From NCBI GenBank assembly GCA_964106645.2, contig OZ067039.1: 64,000 bases of DNA; one strand, written 5' to 3'. This document shows, in pieces, positions 48,492-60,451 of the stretch. Below the pieces are notes generated by a model. It did not search any database. It had not been told where the DNA came from and was given only the letters and a program-made list of their open reading frames with translations. The translations under genes were made by a program, and so were the position numbers. Each line of letters starts with the position of its first letter. Position 1 is the stretch's first letter. Origin of the DNA: Podarcis pityusensis. Its lineage: Eukaryota.

Positions 48492-50194
48492 AGTAGCTCA
48501 AAAAAAGGAGGAAAATAGTGGAAGTTATAAATAGCTCTGACTCTTTAAGATATAGTAAAATAAAGTTTAGAATAGAGCAAAAATTTGGTGTGCAAATAAA
48601 CACGGTGATTGTCCAGTATTTCATTTATGGTTGATTAGCCTTAAGATTTTGGTATTGTAATTATAGAAATATACATATTCAAAACTCTGCATTCCTTTTT
48701 TCCCTTATGTCATCCATTTAAGACCTTATGAACATGCACACATCTCCATCCCTATAGTGCTAAAAAAAAAAAAGGCTATTCCAACTTCCCTCTTAAATTT
48801 CTGGAGTTCAGCAACTTGCCTTGAACATGGAGCTATTCCACTGTATAAATCACTTGCTGTCTCAATGAAGGCACTTCCGGCGCGAGAGAGCAACTATATT
48901 GTATTCCAATGTTAGGGGTCAAAATTGCACAAGGACAGAGTTCATTAAAAGTTGCAACATGCTACTAAAAACATTTCTTTAAAGAAATTTTGAAAAATAA
49001 ATAAATAACTGTGTTGCGAATTGTTGTGCGTCACTATGCAGTTTAAGGGTATCAGCATATCCAGAGCTCCTAATGCAAAAAAGTAATGAAGCACACATTT
49101 TATCATTTCATAAGACACAGGAGGTAAAAAGTGTCAATGTAAATCACCAGTCACAACATATTTTGTAGAAAAACAGTTCATCTGCCAGACCCGTTTTCAC
49201 TTGCATGTCTTCCTTAGTCATATAAACTCTATTCAAGCAGAACAAATTTATTTAAAAAAATCAATCTGAAGGAGCAGGCAGAAATTCATCAGGTACTAGA
49301 ACACTTCAGACTTCCCCCATGTGTACTTTTTCCACCCTTAAGGGCTACTCTTTTTGAAAATACCTTCCTGTGGCTTCAGTTTTCTTAGGTAAGTGCCTGA
49401 TATATTGTCATAATTAAAGTTTCTTTATAAATAAGAAATGTAGAATAGATTGAAGGGGTGGGGATGTACGTTATCATGAATTTTCTCAGGGCAAAAGAAA
49501 TTTATAGAGATTTGGTTGCATTCAAAAGCTACAGTCTCCCAGTTAGGTTTTGCTGAAAATGTGTTGGTGAGGAGAACTGACAGCTTTATCCAGGGCCGTG
49601 CAAAGCTGGTAACAGACCCAGGCCAGATGGGAAATGAAGGCCCCATTTCAACAATCTTTACCAATGGGTCTCCCCTTTGCCTCTAACGGGAACTTGGAAG
49701 TAGGCCCCTCAAAATCGTAGGCTCATGCCAGCTAGGCCACCCACCCCGCCTCTGCCCTGGTTTATCAGTTTATGTAAATGATAAAATACACACATTACTT
49801 CAGCATTAAAAAAGCTGCAATTCGAGTTGTTTCAGCCCACATGATAGGTAACTATTGGTGCAGGTTTTTTAAAAAGGATGTTATAAGAGTTTAATGTGAC
49901 TTGATAAGCCTGTTCTGTAGCCCATATCACAAGTGTGGAATTGTTTTGTTGGGGTGTACTTCCCTGAAATATTTTGTTGTTGTTGTTCTAGTGCATGATA
50001 ACTATTCCACTAAAGTGGTTTCCCCAATGAAAAATTATCTTTGGATACTGAATTGTCCGTGGTTGGGCTTCTGATGCCCGAGCACGCGAGTTCCAGTGCC
50101 TTCAATAAAAGCCTTCTTCCCTCTTTAAAAAGGGCCTAATAGCACAGATCTGGGAAGCGGAGAAGGGCATTGTCTACTAGGATCCAAATGTAAA

Positions 50195-50632
50195 TCAACT
50201 GGATGAGGTTCCTTCAGGCGCTGGGCCAGGACTGGGTAGCTTTGGATCAGAGTACACAAAGACCAGCTTCCCCCACATCGCAGCGTCTACCTGGAACCCA
50301 TCGTCGGGCACCGGCTCCACAAGGAACTCCAAGCGGCAGGAGGACTCAGAAAGGGCACCAGGCACAGTCAGCTCAGTCACCCGGTACTGGGGGGCATACG
50401 CCACCCCGATTGGGAGCGGGCGAGGTTCGGGACCACTGCCACACGAGCCCCTGCGGTAGTGAACACGGAAGCAGGTGGCCTTGCTGGGAGGATAGGTCCA
50501 GCGCAAAGTGAGGCTGAGGGAGAGCTCTCCAGCTGAAAGTCGTTGCCAACGGATATGGGCAACTTCTAAAGGCGACACTGGGATGGCAGCATCAGCGGAT
50601 GGCAGCGGGCGCAAAGCTGTGGCATCCAGCAC
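50195..50632 (-). CDS. ENGASE: ENGASE last coding exon (VLDATAL...LEFLVEPV...GTSSS*)
   Basis: cacag|GTG acceptor; TGA at 50197-50195; ORF 50195..50686. Confidence 0.93.
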   Translation of the reverse strand: MLDATALRPLPSADAAIPVSPLEVAHIRWQRLSAGELSLSLTLRWTYPPSKATCFRVHYRRGSCGSGPEPRPLPIGVAYAPQYRVTELTVPGALSESSCRLEFLVEPVPDDGFQVDAAMWGKLVFVYSDPKLPSPGPAPEGTSSS

Positions 50633-51275
50633 CTGTGGAGGAACACGCACAGGGCGGGCATAAAAACAGAGGTATGGGGCCCCCAAAGAAACAGGAGTGC
50701 GATGAAGGGAGATGGGTGCAGAGAGGCCTCTCCCACCTTATAAAGACCAGGCTGAATTGGGGCCACCAAGAATGCCAAGGACAAGGCAACCATCTGCCCA
50801 GGGATCAGGGGTAGCAAGAAGTTCTGGCCTGATCTTAGTATTTCTTTGATTGCAAGGCCAGAACTGGTAAGAAAGAAACTGCGTCATCAAGACCACCTGG
50901 CCTGCAGTGGCAAAGCCTTGCAGCTGCAAAGGATAGGTGTTGAGTATGTGACTCAGCAAGGGAGGGAGGAGGAGAGCTCGCCAGGCTCTAGAGAAACTTG
51001 GTTAAGAGAGTAGAAGGTGCCAACTTTCAAAAACAGGAGGACGTTTGCATTGCCTTCAAGCAGCCCCTGTGGGCTTGGAGTAACAGTTTCCCCATCCCTG
51101 TTTTATGTCATAGCACCTTACTTAAAGAACCAGGGACAAAGACCTTCCTCCTTTCGGGCTTAGCAGGGCTGTGAGAGGCCCACAGAGAACACAGCGCTTC
51201 ATGGGGAAGCCGGCTGACCCACCCCTCTCTCCATTTTCACGAGGCTTCCCATCCTAGCCTCCACCGCTTACTCAC

Positions 51276-51390
51276 CCAGATCCTGCCCAGGCGGCATGCA
51301 AAGGGCACCTCATTCCGGCCAGACTGGCGACGCGACACGGTCACTGAAAGTTGGTCCAGGAAGCAGTTCTGGAGCTCCAGCTCATAGCAT
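51276..51390 (-). CDS. ENGASE: ENGASE exon 13 (CYELELQNCFL...FACRLGRIW)
   Basis: aacag|A acceptor, TGG|gtgagt donor; 115 nt. Confidence 0.93.
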
Positions 51391-51706
51391 CTGTTGAGGG
51401 GAACAGAGAGAGAGAGAATGTAAGCTGCCGGGGTCCTGTCAGTTTGCAGGGCACTGCAAAGCCCATCCCACACTGCCCGTAGCTCTTTGGTTCCCAGGCC
51501 CCAACACCGTCCCTGCCCGGCCCCATTATTATTTCATGCAGAGCCGTCAAAGATGGTTTACAAACCCAGAGAGTTTACAAACTACAATCCAACAAGAGGG
51601 GAAAGGCTGCCAGGCCACCACTAAAATGGTCAGTTCAAGGAGAAAGAAAGAAACAAAACAAACAAAACCCCAAGAGTCATGCATTCTGTCAATCCCTTCT
51701 ACTCAC

Positions 51707-51812
51707 CGACTTTGCCAGTCATGTTCCCCACGCAGTCCTGTCCCCCTGAGCAGCTGAGCAAGGTAATGGGGAGGCGTGGGGAGCAGGGAGGGTTTGTGCT
51801 TCCTTGGTTCTC
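51707..51812 (-). CDS. ENGASE: ENGASE exon 12 (GEPRKHKP...HDWQSR)
   Basis: ccccag|GA acceptor, TCG|gtgagt donor; 106 nt; phases match both neighbours. Confidence 0.88.
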
Positions 51813-51986
51813 CTGGGGGGGAAGAAGAGAGCAATGAAGGAGAGGCAGCGGACAGAACAGGGATCAGTCAATATCTGAAGCTATCATTCACCCGGCCTCT
51901 GCTGTCCCTCAGAGGGGGATCCACAAGCCCCCTTCCTTTGGGCAGTCAGAGTGAGAGCCCCCAAAGCAGGCCTGGCGTTTCCTCAC

Positions 51987-52129
51987 CCGACTCGCCGCTG
52001 GAGAAACAGGAACTTGACTGCCGCGTGGTGAACACCGGTGCAAAGCTCACGCCTTGGGAAGAGGCCTCGTGTTTATAAATTATGACCAGGAACAGCCGGG
52101 GGGGTGCTGGCACCTGGAAGGAAAACAGC
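51987..52129 (-). CDS. ENGASE: ENGASE exon 11 (LFSFQVPAPPRLFLVIIYK...SSGES)
   Basis: accag|G acceptor, CGG|gtgagg donor; 143 nt. Confidence 0.88.
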
Positions 52130-52902
52130 CTGGTGACCCCCGCCCCCAAAAGCCCCAGACAGACAGGAAGAGAGACAGAGAGAGGACACAGTCACGGCCA
52201 ACTCTGGGCACTAGGCAGCCGCCACCTGCAAAAGGAAGGGGTTTAGGCATGCAAGGTGCAAAGGCTTCATTCTCACAGACACGCAGGAACACTGAGGATG
52301 GTAAGGGCGGATGCACAAAGGAGTTTGAGCCTTCCCACATTACTGAGCTCATGGCTGGGCCCTGAAGATTCCAAGTCAGCCGCACTTTCTCAAACCCCCT
52401 TCTTTCCATGATGAAACAGCCCATGAAAACTCCTCTATCCCAGATGACAACATCCTGAGTGTCTCAAACATTGTATTCCCTCCAAATCTGCTCCTTGCTT
52501 GGGGGAACCCAGCTCAGCCTCACCACCACCAACCCCCAACTTAGCCAAATGCTTGTCAGGATCCCTGCAGAGGCAGGCAGGCAGTCACAGTCTCTAACTT
52601 TGCTCCACCTTTGAGAAGCAGCTCCCAGGAAAGCGGAATGTGGTCAGCGCTGCGCCGTGACAGGGAAAAGACCTTTACAGTAGGTCTCCGTAAAGGCTTC
52701 TTAGTGGAAGCAAAGGCTGTGTAGCAGTTTCCCTGGATTAAGAAGAGAATGTGGGGAAACCCTCAAGTTGAGAAAACAGTTAAGAGGGCAGGGGTTGGGC
52801 TGAATGATCCACATCGCACACGCAGCCGCACGTCCACGATTCATGCCAACTGGGTACATGCAAGCCTGTTTTGCACACAGGTGCAGGCAACTGTGTTCAT
52901 TA

Positions 52903-53128
52903 CAGTGGTACCTCGGGTTAAGTACTTAATTCGTTCCAGAGATCCGTTCTTAACCTGAAACTGTTCTTAACCTGAATCACCACTTTAGCTAATGGGGCCT
53001 CCCACTGCTGCCGCGCTGCCGGAGCACAATTTCTATTCTCATCCTGAAGCAAAGTTCTTAACCCAAGGTACTATTTCTGGGTTAGCGAAGTCTGTAACCT
53101 GAAGCGTATGTAACCCGAGGTACCACTG
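52903..53128. mobile_element. Tc1/mariner-type MITE, full length
   Basis: Perfect 18-bp TIRs CAGTGGTACCTCGGGTTA, TA duplication on both sides, internal GTTCTTAACC subrepeats. Confidence 0.9.
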
Positions 53129-53280
53129 TATATGGTCTGCAGGCTCTGCTCTCCTCTCCTCTGCCTGCTACCAGCTTTTTAAGGAAGTCCCTTTGCAAGA
53201 GCAGCACACACACACACACACCCCGATATGACTCCCGCATCCAATAAAAAAACCCTGCAGCCATCTCAACCGTTGCTCAC

Positions 53281-53465
53281 CTGGCTGTGACGTGATCTTC
53301 ATTGGAAGGGATGGTCCCTTCCAGCAGCAGGGAGCTGCCCCCACACCAGGCATCCTGCAGGCAGCAGCGCGTTCTCAGTCGGCCCCCATTGGGCATCCAG
53401 AACTCAGCATACAGTGGCTGGACCTCCTGAGCACTCAGGTGGTACCAGGGCTCCATCCTACTCTC
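53281..53465 (-). CDS. ENGASE: ENGASE exon 10 (ESRMEPWYHLSAQEVQP...DAWCGGSSLLLEG...VTAR)
   Basis: tttcag|GAG acceptor, CAG|gtgagc donor; 185 nt; translated by hand, open. Confidence 0.95.
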
Positions 53466-55038
53466 CTGAAAAAGAGAAAAAGAGCCACTGGGAATTCAGC
53501 CTGGGCATGGCAACAAAACTGCCTTCCACCTTGAACGGGATTATTCTTGTGTTCCCTTAAGTCTCCAGAGCATACCTTTCCAACATGCCCAGGGAAAATG
53601 TATCTAGAAGCTAGCATTACAGGTCAACGAAATCTTGCGTTCCACTGCTTCGTGCAAATTCCCATCTGGAAGCATCGGGCCTCTTACACTATTAGGAGTC
53701 TTCCTGGGCCAACTGGGAAGATAAGCCTCTTAAATACCTAATTAGTGAGCTGATTCTTCCTTTGAAATAGTTCGGGACTTTCTTCCTGGTCGGCAAGCAC
53801 TTAGGGGAGGGGGAGCGTGCATTGGAAATGCTACACTTTTGCTATACTAGCCTGTCTTGTGAAAGGATCAGAAGCTGAAATTGCATACTTTCTTGGCTTA
53901 CTTCCAAGGGGGTGTGCAAAGGAGTATGCTGTAAAATGGGGAGTTTCCCCGACACACTGAAGCCCTGAGAAAAGCAGGGCTGAGATTGGCTGGAAGCCCC
54001 CAAAGTGGCGATGTCTTGCTTGATGCATGGCCCTTGAGGGAAGCGCTCTGCTAAGGTTTCATCGTGGCTCTCAATAGCTCCAATTAACCTCTGAAGGCGT
54101 GAGTACGTTAAAATCGAATGCCACTGTTGATTCTTAAAAGGGTAACCAAACCAAATCACCCCCAAACAAAAATGCAGTGCAAGGATGCCGTTAACCACAT
54201 AAAACACAGTCCACGTTGCTTCTGTAGAAAGCTGCCTTATTCTGTATCAAGCCCTCTATGACTGGCAGCCCATATTCCAGGGTCTCGGGCAGAGTTTGCC
54301 CCCCTCACCCCCAATAACAAACATGCTTCTCAAAGACTGGCAGGGAGGAAAGTGACCAGGAGTTCGAGCGGAGGAAAGATTGGCAGGTTCTAAAAAGATC
54401 ACATACACCTGCCTACCGTTTCGCCCTGCTTACAGCTGCCAATCATACCACCACCCCATCAGACACTGCTTTGAAGCAGAGGCTGGGGAATAGAAACACT
54501 ATTTGGCTGCAGAAGGACTTGTTCAAATAGAAAGAGAGCCGACCTTGGCTGGAAAGAAAACAGGAGGGCAGAGAAGCCCAGGGAGGAAAAGACCAGACCA
54601 GGTTTAAAAGGCTTTGACGGCGGCCGTGCGGGGGTGGGGTGGGGAATTCAGCTTGGAAACAAGTCACAGACTCAGCCGGCCAGCAAGAGGTGGAGGAAGC
54701 TATAGAGTTGTGTTCCTCATTCTCTGCAATTCAGGACTTGAAGCTCAAAAGCCCTCCTACAGAGCCCTCGACAGGAAAGACTGTGGGGAAATTAGCTCTG
54801 AAAGAGAGTGTCCCCGAAGGTTAAGAATCTGAGGCCTCTAGTCGCTGACACTTCAGGCAGATCAGCTGGGCTGGGGATACAGCCCGGTGAGCTATCCAGA
54901 AGGCCTTACTGGGTCTCCAGTCTGTATAGATCACATGCAGCAAGTTGTCGTTTCAAAGCAGAGGCTGGCGAGTCAAGCTGCAAAGGCTTAAAAGAGGCAG
55001 TTGTGCTTCTGCTGCCCAAAACTGCTCAATACTCTTAC

Positions 55039-55147
55039 CTGCCCATTGTGGAAGTGCCTCTTCCCCATCCCCAGGGAGAAAGAGGTGCTGAAGGGGAGGG
55101 AGCCAATGCTGTGAGTGGGCAGCAGATCAGAGAGCAGGGCCCAGAAT
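55039..55147 (-). CDS. ENGASE: ENGASE exon 9 (FWALL...LPFSTSFSLGMG...NGQ)
   Basis: tgcag|A acceptor, CAG|gtaaga donor; 109 nt. Confidence 0.95.
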
Positions 55148-55391
55148 CTGCAAACAAGCAAGTGAGAAAGGAGTCGCGCTGAGAAGTCTTCCACGCCACT
55201 GTGCAAACCCCAAAGGAAACTTGGGTCACTGCTGCACTGTTGTGGGGGCTTGTCAGAAAGACCCTCCCATAATAGGCCACAGGGGGCCGGACAATCCCAG
55301 GCAGTCAGGCAAAGTGAAGCCAAGCCAGGCAGGCCCTCCAGCAGAGTCCCCTCCCCTCCCAAAGCCCCTCCTCCTCCCTGCTGGATCTTAC

Positions 55392-55495
55392 TTGTCCTCG
55401 TTGTTCAGAAAGTCGGTCGGGCCTAAGGTCTCATATACCCAGCCAGGTGCAAAAATGGCCACCGAGAGGCCCTGCTCCCGAATCATGCGCAGGGA
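55392..55495 (-). CDS. ENGASE: ENGASE exon 8 (SLRMIREQGLSVAIFAPGWVYE...NEDK)
   Basis: tgcag|TCC acceptor, CAA|gtaaga donor; 104 nt. Confidence 0.95.
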
Positions 55496-55791
55496 CTGCA
55501 GGGACACAAGGAACGCCAAGTCACCATTTCCTCTTGTGGGGGGGGGGCTCCAGAGTGTGGGCAGCCAAGGGGTGCTGGGAGGGTGGCAACTGCCCTGCCC
55601 CCTCCCTCTGTAACAGGGGAGCCAACCTATCCAGGGCAACAGCGGAGGCTGGGTCTTAAAAGGCTTCACTCCGCCCACCCCAAGGCAACCACGACTGCCC
55701 TCTCCAGCTCTCAGTCACTGTGGGAAGTTCCAGCCTGGAACTGTGAGCCACAAGGGCAGCAAGCCTCCCACAAGCCCCAAAGCCTGCCTAC

Positions 55792-55957
55792 CTTGTTTGT
55801 GTCAAAGCCGCTGCTCACCACAGCCCCACGGCCAAATACGTCCACGCCCACGTAGATGTCCGCCCGGCGGTCGTCGGCCATCTCTCGCGTACGCAGCAGG
55901 TGCTCCTCCGTCCAGTTGTAGTTGGTGAAGAAACCGTCACAGGCATCAAAGTAAACC
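55792..55957 (-). CDS. ENGASE: ENGASE exon 7 (VYFDACDGFFTNYNW...GFDTNK)
   Basis: tgcag|G acceptor, AAG|gtaggc donor; 166 nt. Confidence 0.95.
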
Positions 55958-55984
55958 CTGCATGAGCACGAGGAATGGAGGAAC

Positions 55985-56122
55985 GTCTGGGATAGCTCAG
56001 ATGGAAGAGTGCAAGGCTCTTAATCTCAGGGTTGTGGGTTCAAGCCCCACGTTGGGCAAAAGGTTCCTGCATTGCAGGGGGTTGGACTCAATGATCCTCG
56101 TGGTCCCTTCCAACTCATTCTA
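55985..56122 (+). mobile_element. tRNA-Lys(CTT)-headed SINE with CR1-type tail
   Basis: TAGCTCAG..CTCTTAATCTCAGGGTTGTGGGTTCAAGCCCCACGTTGGGC head plus the same tail. Confidence 0.82.
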
Positions 56123-56609
56123 GGACCCTTCGTGGTGTCCAGAAGGCCTAAGGCTTTACAGGCCCTTCCAGGTAGCTCTAGCTGGATGGATCCTAGCAGC
56201 CCAGGCCCAAGCTTCAGCTGTAGACCATGCACAGCTGACAGGGATCAGGGAAAATGCATTGTGAAAAATGGGGGGGAGAGAATTCCTGTCCCTTTCCAGG
56301 ATACTTTCTACACCGCCTGGGGAAGGAGAGGGAAACTTGTGGCCCTTGGTTTTTGCTGGTCTGCAACTTCCATCATCCCTGTGCCCACTGACAATGCTGG
56401 CTGGGGCTGATGGGAGTTGGAGACCTGGAGATTCCCCATCTCTGCCACAGCACTAGAGACAAACCCCAAAAGGATACAGCCCCCTGAGTCAAGTTTGGTC
56501 TTCCAGATAGCTGGGATTTAGCAGGCATGCCTGTCGATCTCTCGCATCTTACCATTCGCTGAGGCCCATGCTTGGTTTTCTCGTTCTCTGTTACAATGTA
56601 CTAGCGTGG

Positions 56610-56745
56610 TGTGTTTCTCAAACTTGGGTCCCCCGCAGTTGTTGGACTACAACTCCCATCATCCCTGACCGCTTGTCCTGTTAGGTAGGGATGATGGGAG
56701 TTGTAGTTGCAAGAACAGTTGGGGGCCCACATTTGAGAAACACTG
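56610..56745. mobile_element. Short palindromic MITE; related copies near 27230, 39370, 40790, 46660, 56360, 58720, 62275
   Basis: Internal inverted repeat ACTACAACTCCCATCATCCCT ... AGGGATGATGGGAGTTGTAGT, with outer GTGTTTCTCAAA / TTTGAGAAACAC. Confidence 0.75.
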
Positions 56746-56959
56746 CACTAGTGCATTGCAGCTCTTGGTTACGGTAGATCTTGGCTATTTTGTACCACAC
56801 ACGAGCTCCCCTCGGCAGGCCAAGTGTATCAGGGAGATGCTGCAGGGCAGGGGGCAGAGATTCTGTGGGGCTACCCTCAGGTTCAGATGTGCTGCCCTTC
56901 TTCCTCTGGTCCCCAGGGCAAGACCCACTGCCTGTAGAACAGGGAGGGGCATCACTCAC

Positions 56960-57108
56960 CGGTTCTTCTCGTTCAGCTCGTTCTGCCACTTGAGCTCCCC
57001 GTTCTGCAGGACACTGTCATACCACACCACCTGCCCTCCCGGCACAGCTCTGTGCACCTGGGACGTCAGATAGCGCAAGAAGTGGACCGAGTTACGCGCT
57101 GCCGACAC
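56960..57108 (-). CDS. ENGASE: ENGASE exon 6 (VSAARN...WYDSVLQNGELKWQNELNEKNR)
   Basis: ggcag|GTG acceptor, CCG|gtgagt donor; 149 nt. Confidence 0.95.
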
Positions 57109-57543
57109 CTGCCATGAAAGAATTGCACCAATCAGCCAGCGCGACAGGTCCTTGGGAGGCCGTTGGTCCATCATTCAGCATGCCAAGTGATGTTATATGC
57201 ATGCTGCCCAAAGCCAGGGAGACTGACACACCTCAGTTTGGGAAATATATATTTTCCAGGGGACAGGCAGCTGGGTGCCAGCAGATACACAGAATTCATC
57301 AGAGGCCCAGAGTGGGGATGGAAAAGGAAGGATGGGAAAGGAGTGTTGGAGGAGAGGCCCCGGGAAATTTATGAAAGGGACAGGGGAGGAGAAATGACAA
57401 GGCAAGGAAGGTAAGAAGAGAACTGGAGAGAGGAAAGATGTTCGGGGGCAACTCTAAGGGGTGAGCCAGTAGGGCAACAGTGTGGACTAGCATGGGCAGG
57501 TAAAGGGAATCACTGTGCTATAAGTAATTTGGGGAACAGGCAG

Positions 57544-57792
57544 CAGGGCTGGGCAATATAGCATCCAAAACCAGTTTGAAGTCCATATTGCGATATCAGT
57601 TTCGTAATTTTTGACCTGGCGATACATCACGAATCATGATGTGTATGCTATACGAAAATCACAATGTGGGGGGAAACCATGAAGCCAGCCAATGGCTATG
57701 CATAGCTCCATCCTTATTTCAGACATCATAATATATCAGTATATCATGATGTTGAGTGGGTGAAATATCACGGGGTTGAAAACCCAGCCCTA
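57544..57792. mobile_element. hAT-type MITE
   Basis: TIRs CAGGGCTGGG / CCCAGCCCTA; 8-bp flanks ACAGGCAG / GCAGGCAG (7/8). Confidence 0.75.
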
Positions 57793-58119
57793 GCAGGCAG
57801 GCATAAAAATAGGAAAGGGGTTCTGCGACGTAAAGGGGGTTTTCAAGCCCTAGGGGTAAGGGGCCTACCCAGCCAGTCTCTGAAGGTAAGAGGCCACCTG
57901 GGGTTCTGAGGATCCTAGGGACCTAAAGGAAGAAATTCTGACGTGGGGATACATATCACAGCTGCATTGTGATACTGAGCATATCCCTAGGTATAGCTCC
58001 TGCTCCCCCTGAGCAATGCCAGGGACTTTAAGGAACACACATACGGCCTGTGTATGGATGAACCCTAACTCCCCTCCTAGGCCAAGGTTGGCAGGGGAGG
58101 GGAAATGTTGCTTGCTTAC

Positions 58120-58274
58120 ACTCAGAGAGTTCTCAATGTTGACCAGCCAACCATCAAAACGATAGAACTGCGCAATCGCAGCCAGCTGATCAGCCACGGC
58201 GCGGTACGCTTCCTCGCTTGCCAAGAAGGACTCACACATCTTTGCACCGTCTCCCCACTCTGTGATGAAGGTCC
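58120..58274 (-). CDS. ENGASE: ENGASE exon 5 (TFITEW...FDGWLVNIENSLS; catalytic N-x-E)
   Basis: tgtag|GG acceptor, AGT|gtaagc donor; 155 nt. Confidence 0.96.
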
Positions 58275-58360
58275 CTACAGGTAGGGAAGGAAACGCAAGG
58301 AAGAAACGGAGCGGCTCGTCTCCTGGACCATCCAAAACCTCTGTGCATCAGGAGAACCGC

Positions 58361-58507
58361 AGAATCCTGGAGTTGGAAGGGGTCCCGCGGGTCATCTAGC
58401 CCAACCCCCTGCAACACAAGAATTCTGCCCGCAGCCATCCCTGGGTGGGTGCGAACCACCAACCTTCTGGTTAACAGCCAAGCGCAGTGAGCCACTGCGC
58501 CACAGGA
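58361..58507 (-). mobile_element. tRNA-Asn(GTT)-headed SINE with CR1-type tail
   Basis: Minus strand CTGTGGCGCA..GGCTGTTAACC..AAGGTTGGTGGTTCGCACCCACCCAGGGA plus TTGCAGGGGGTTGGGCTAGATGACC..CCCTTCCAACTC. Confidence 0.78.
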
Positions 58508-59061
58508 AGGCTTAAGAGCTGAGCCCTGAGGAACCTCCAGGGGGGAAAGAGGAATACCCAAAATACAAGCAATGTCAGAGGAGTCGGCAATTGCCTGTGC
58601 CTTGAAGCACGGCTATAAAGAGTGGAACAGCAACAGCAGCTGTTTGCAAAAACTCCCTGCATCTCCCAGAAAGCAGAGTGCTGTGGGAGATTAGCAGGAA
58701 TGGAGGCTGTGGGTGGCCCCAGACTTTCAACAGCAGAGAACCTACGGCCCTGCTGAAGTTGTGGGACTCCAACTCCCATCAGCCCTAGAAAGCATGGCCA
58801 ACGTTTCAGGGATGATGGGAGCTGGAATCCAGCAACAACATCTGCAGGGCCACAAGTTATCCACCCCGATAAGTTGCAGCATGCGTCAAGAATGCAACTG
58901 ATAGGAGGAAAGAAGTACCACCCACTGCAACTCCTGCCTCTTGCAACTCAGCAAAGGGGTGGAGTAAGGAAAGGACGACTTAGAGAGTGAGGCCCTCCCT
59001 CCCACAGGCCCCAAACACTATGTGTATCATATGCTCCAGGGGATGGCCCAGCGAAGATCAC

Positions 59062-59210
59062 CTAGCATGAGGACTCCATTGCGGTGAGCAGCATTAGTCC
59101 AGACCACAGGTGGGATGGTAACGTTGTGATGACTGAAGTAAACAAATATGTCAATGTAGCACCAGTGGTAGAACACAAAGGGGTCATCCACCGATGCGCC
59201 TTGGATGAAC
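59062..59210 (-). CDS. ENGASE: ENGASE exon 4 (FIQGASVDDPF...AHRNGVLMLG)
   Basis: ggcag|G acceptor, TAG|gtgatc donor; 149 nt. Confidence 0.95.
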
Positions 59211-60099
59211 CTGCCAGAAGTAAGAGGAGAGAGCGAGAGAGCGCGCATTATACCCAACAGGGTACAATTAGACTCAGGATGGCAGATCTCATACAAAGTA
59301 GGTATGAATCATATTTCAGGTCCTATAATCTTGCTCAGAGGAACTAAACCAGTCCAAGCTGTTGCGATTTCCTGAAGCTAGGGTGGCCCAGCCACCACCC
59401 TCCCTCAAGAGAATCCAACAAGAAGTGAAATTCCCCTGGTTGCTTGCAGAAACCAGATTTACTTCCCTGATCTCTTTCCCTGCTCTTAATTTTGCACGTT
59501 CTTAACCCACTGTAACTGGAGTGCAGGAAGGACTGAAAACACCACCCTGGTGAATGACCTCTGCCAGGAACTGGACCTGGCTAGTATGACTGAACCTCTT
59601 AGTGACAGCGATATCCTTCTATGCTACGGTCGCGATCAGGATTGGTGGTGCTGCCTTTGTGGAAGAGGTTTTCCCAGTCCAAAGCACCCCTATATAAACA
59701 TACTGCCAATGTTAACACATAGTTTGGGTCTGTGAACCAAGAAGCTAGCAGCTGAAATCTCATCTCACCTCTTCTTCTACTCTGCATGCACCACCTTCAA
59801 TGGAGTGGTAATAATAAAGGTCATACATGGCCAATGTAGGGATCAATGAGCTAATGCAGTAGTTTCCAAACTTATTTCCCCCCTGGATCACTTGAAAATA
59901 TCTGAGGGTCTTGGTGGACCACTTTAATTGAATTTTCTGCCTGTTGTAACAATTGTAATGCACTGTGCTAGGTGCTAAATGATTTTTAATTGTATTTTTA
60001 CAGACCAACTGCAGACCACCTGAATGAAGTTTGGGGACCCAGTTCAGGGGGCATTCAGTGCTAATCCTACTCAGAGCAGGACTAACTCTGTACGTGGGG

Positions 60100-60405
60100 C
60101 CACCCCCATCGTTCAGCCCGGACACTGAGATCCAGCACCGAGGGCCTTCTGGGGTTCCCTCATTGCGAGAAGTGAGGTTACAGGGAACCAGACAGAGGGC
60201 CTTCTCAGTAGTGGTACCCGCCCTGTGGAACACCCTCCCATCAGATGTGAAGGAAATAAGCAGCTATCTTCTCTTTAAAAGACATCTGAAGGCAGCCCTG
60301 TTTAGGGAAGTTTTTAATATTTAATGCTGTTTTGTTTTTAACACTTGATTGGAAGCCGCCCAGAGTGGCTGGGGAAACTCAGCCAGATGGGCGGGGTATA
60401 AATAA

Positions 60406-60451
<46 letters not shown>

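Noticed and set aside
53360-53400. Suspected stop or frameshift in ENGASE exon 10
   Set aside because: Careful reverse translation gives NGGRLRTRCC, so the frame is intact.
55985-56058. Apparent tRNA-Lys gene (likewise the Lys-, Ile- and Asn-like sequences at 27448, 38530 and 58507)
   Set aside because: Stems carry mismatches and each runs directly into a CR1-type tail without a poly-T terminator, so these are SINE heads, not tRNA genes.
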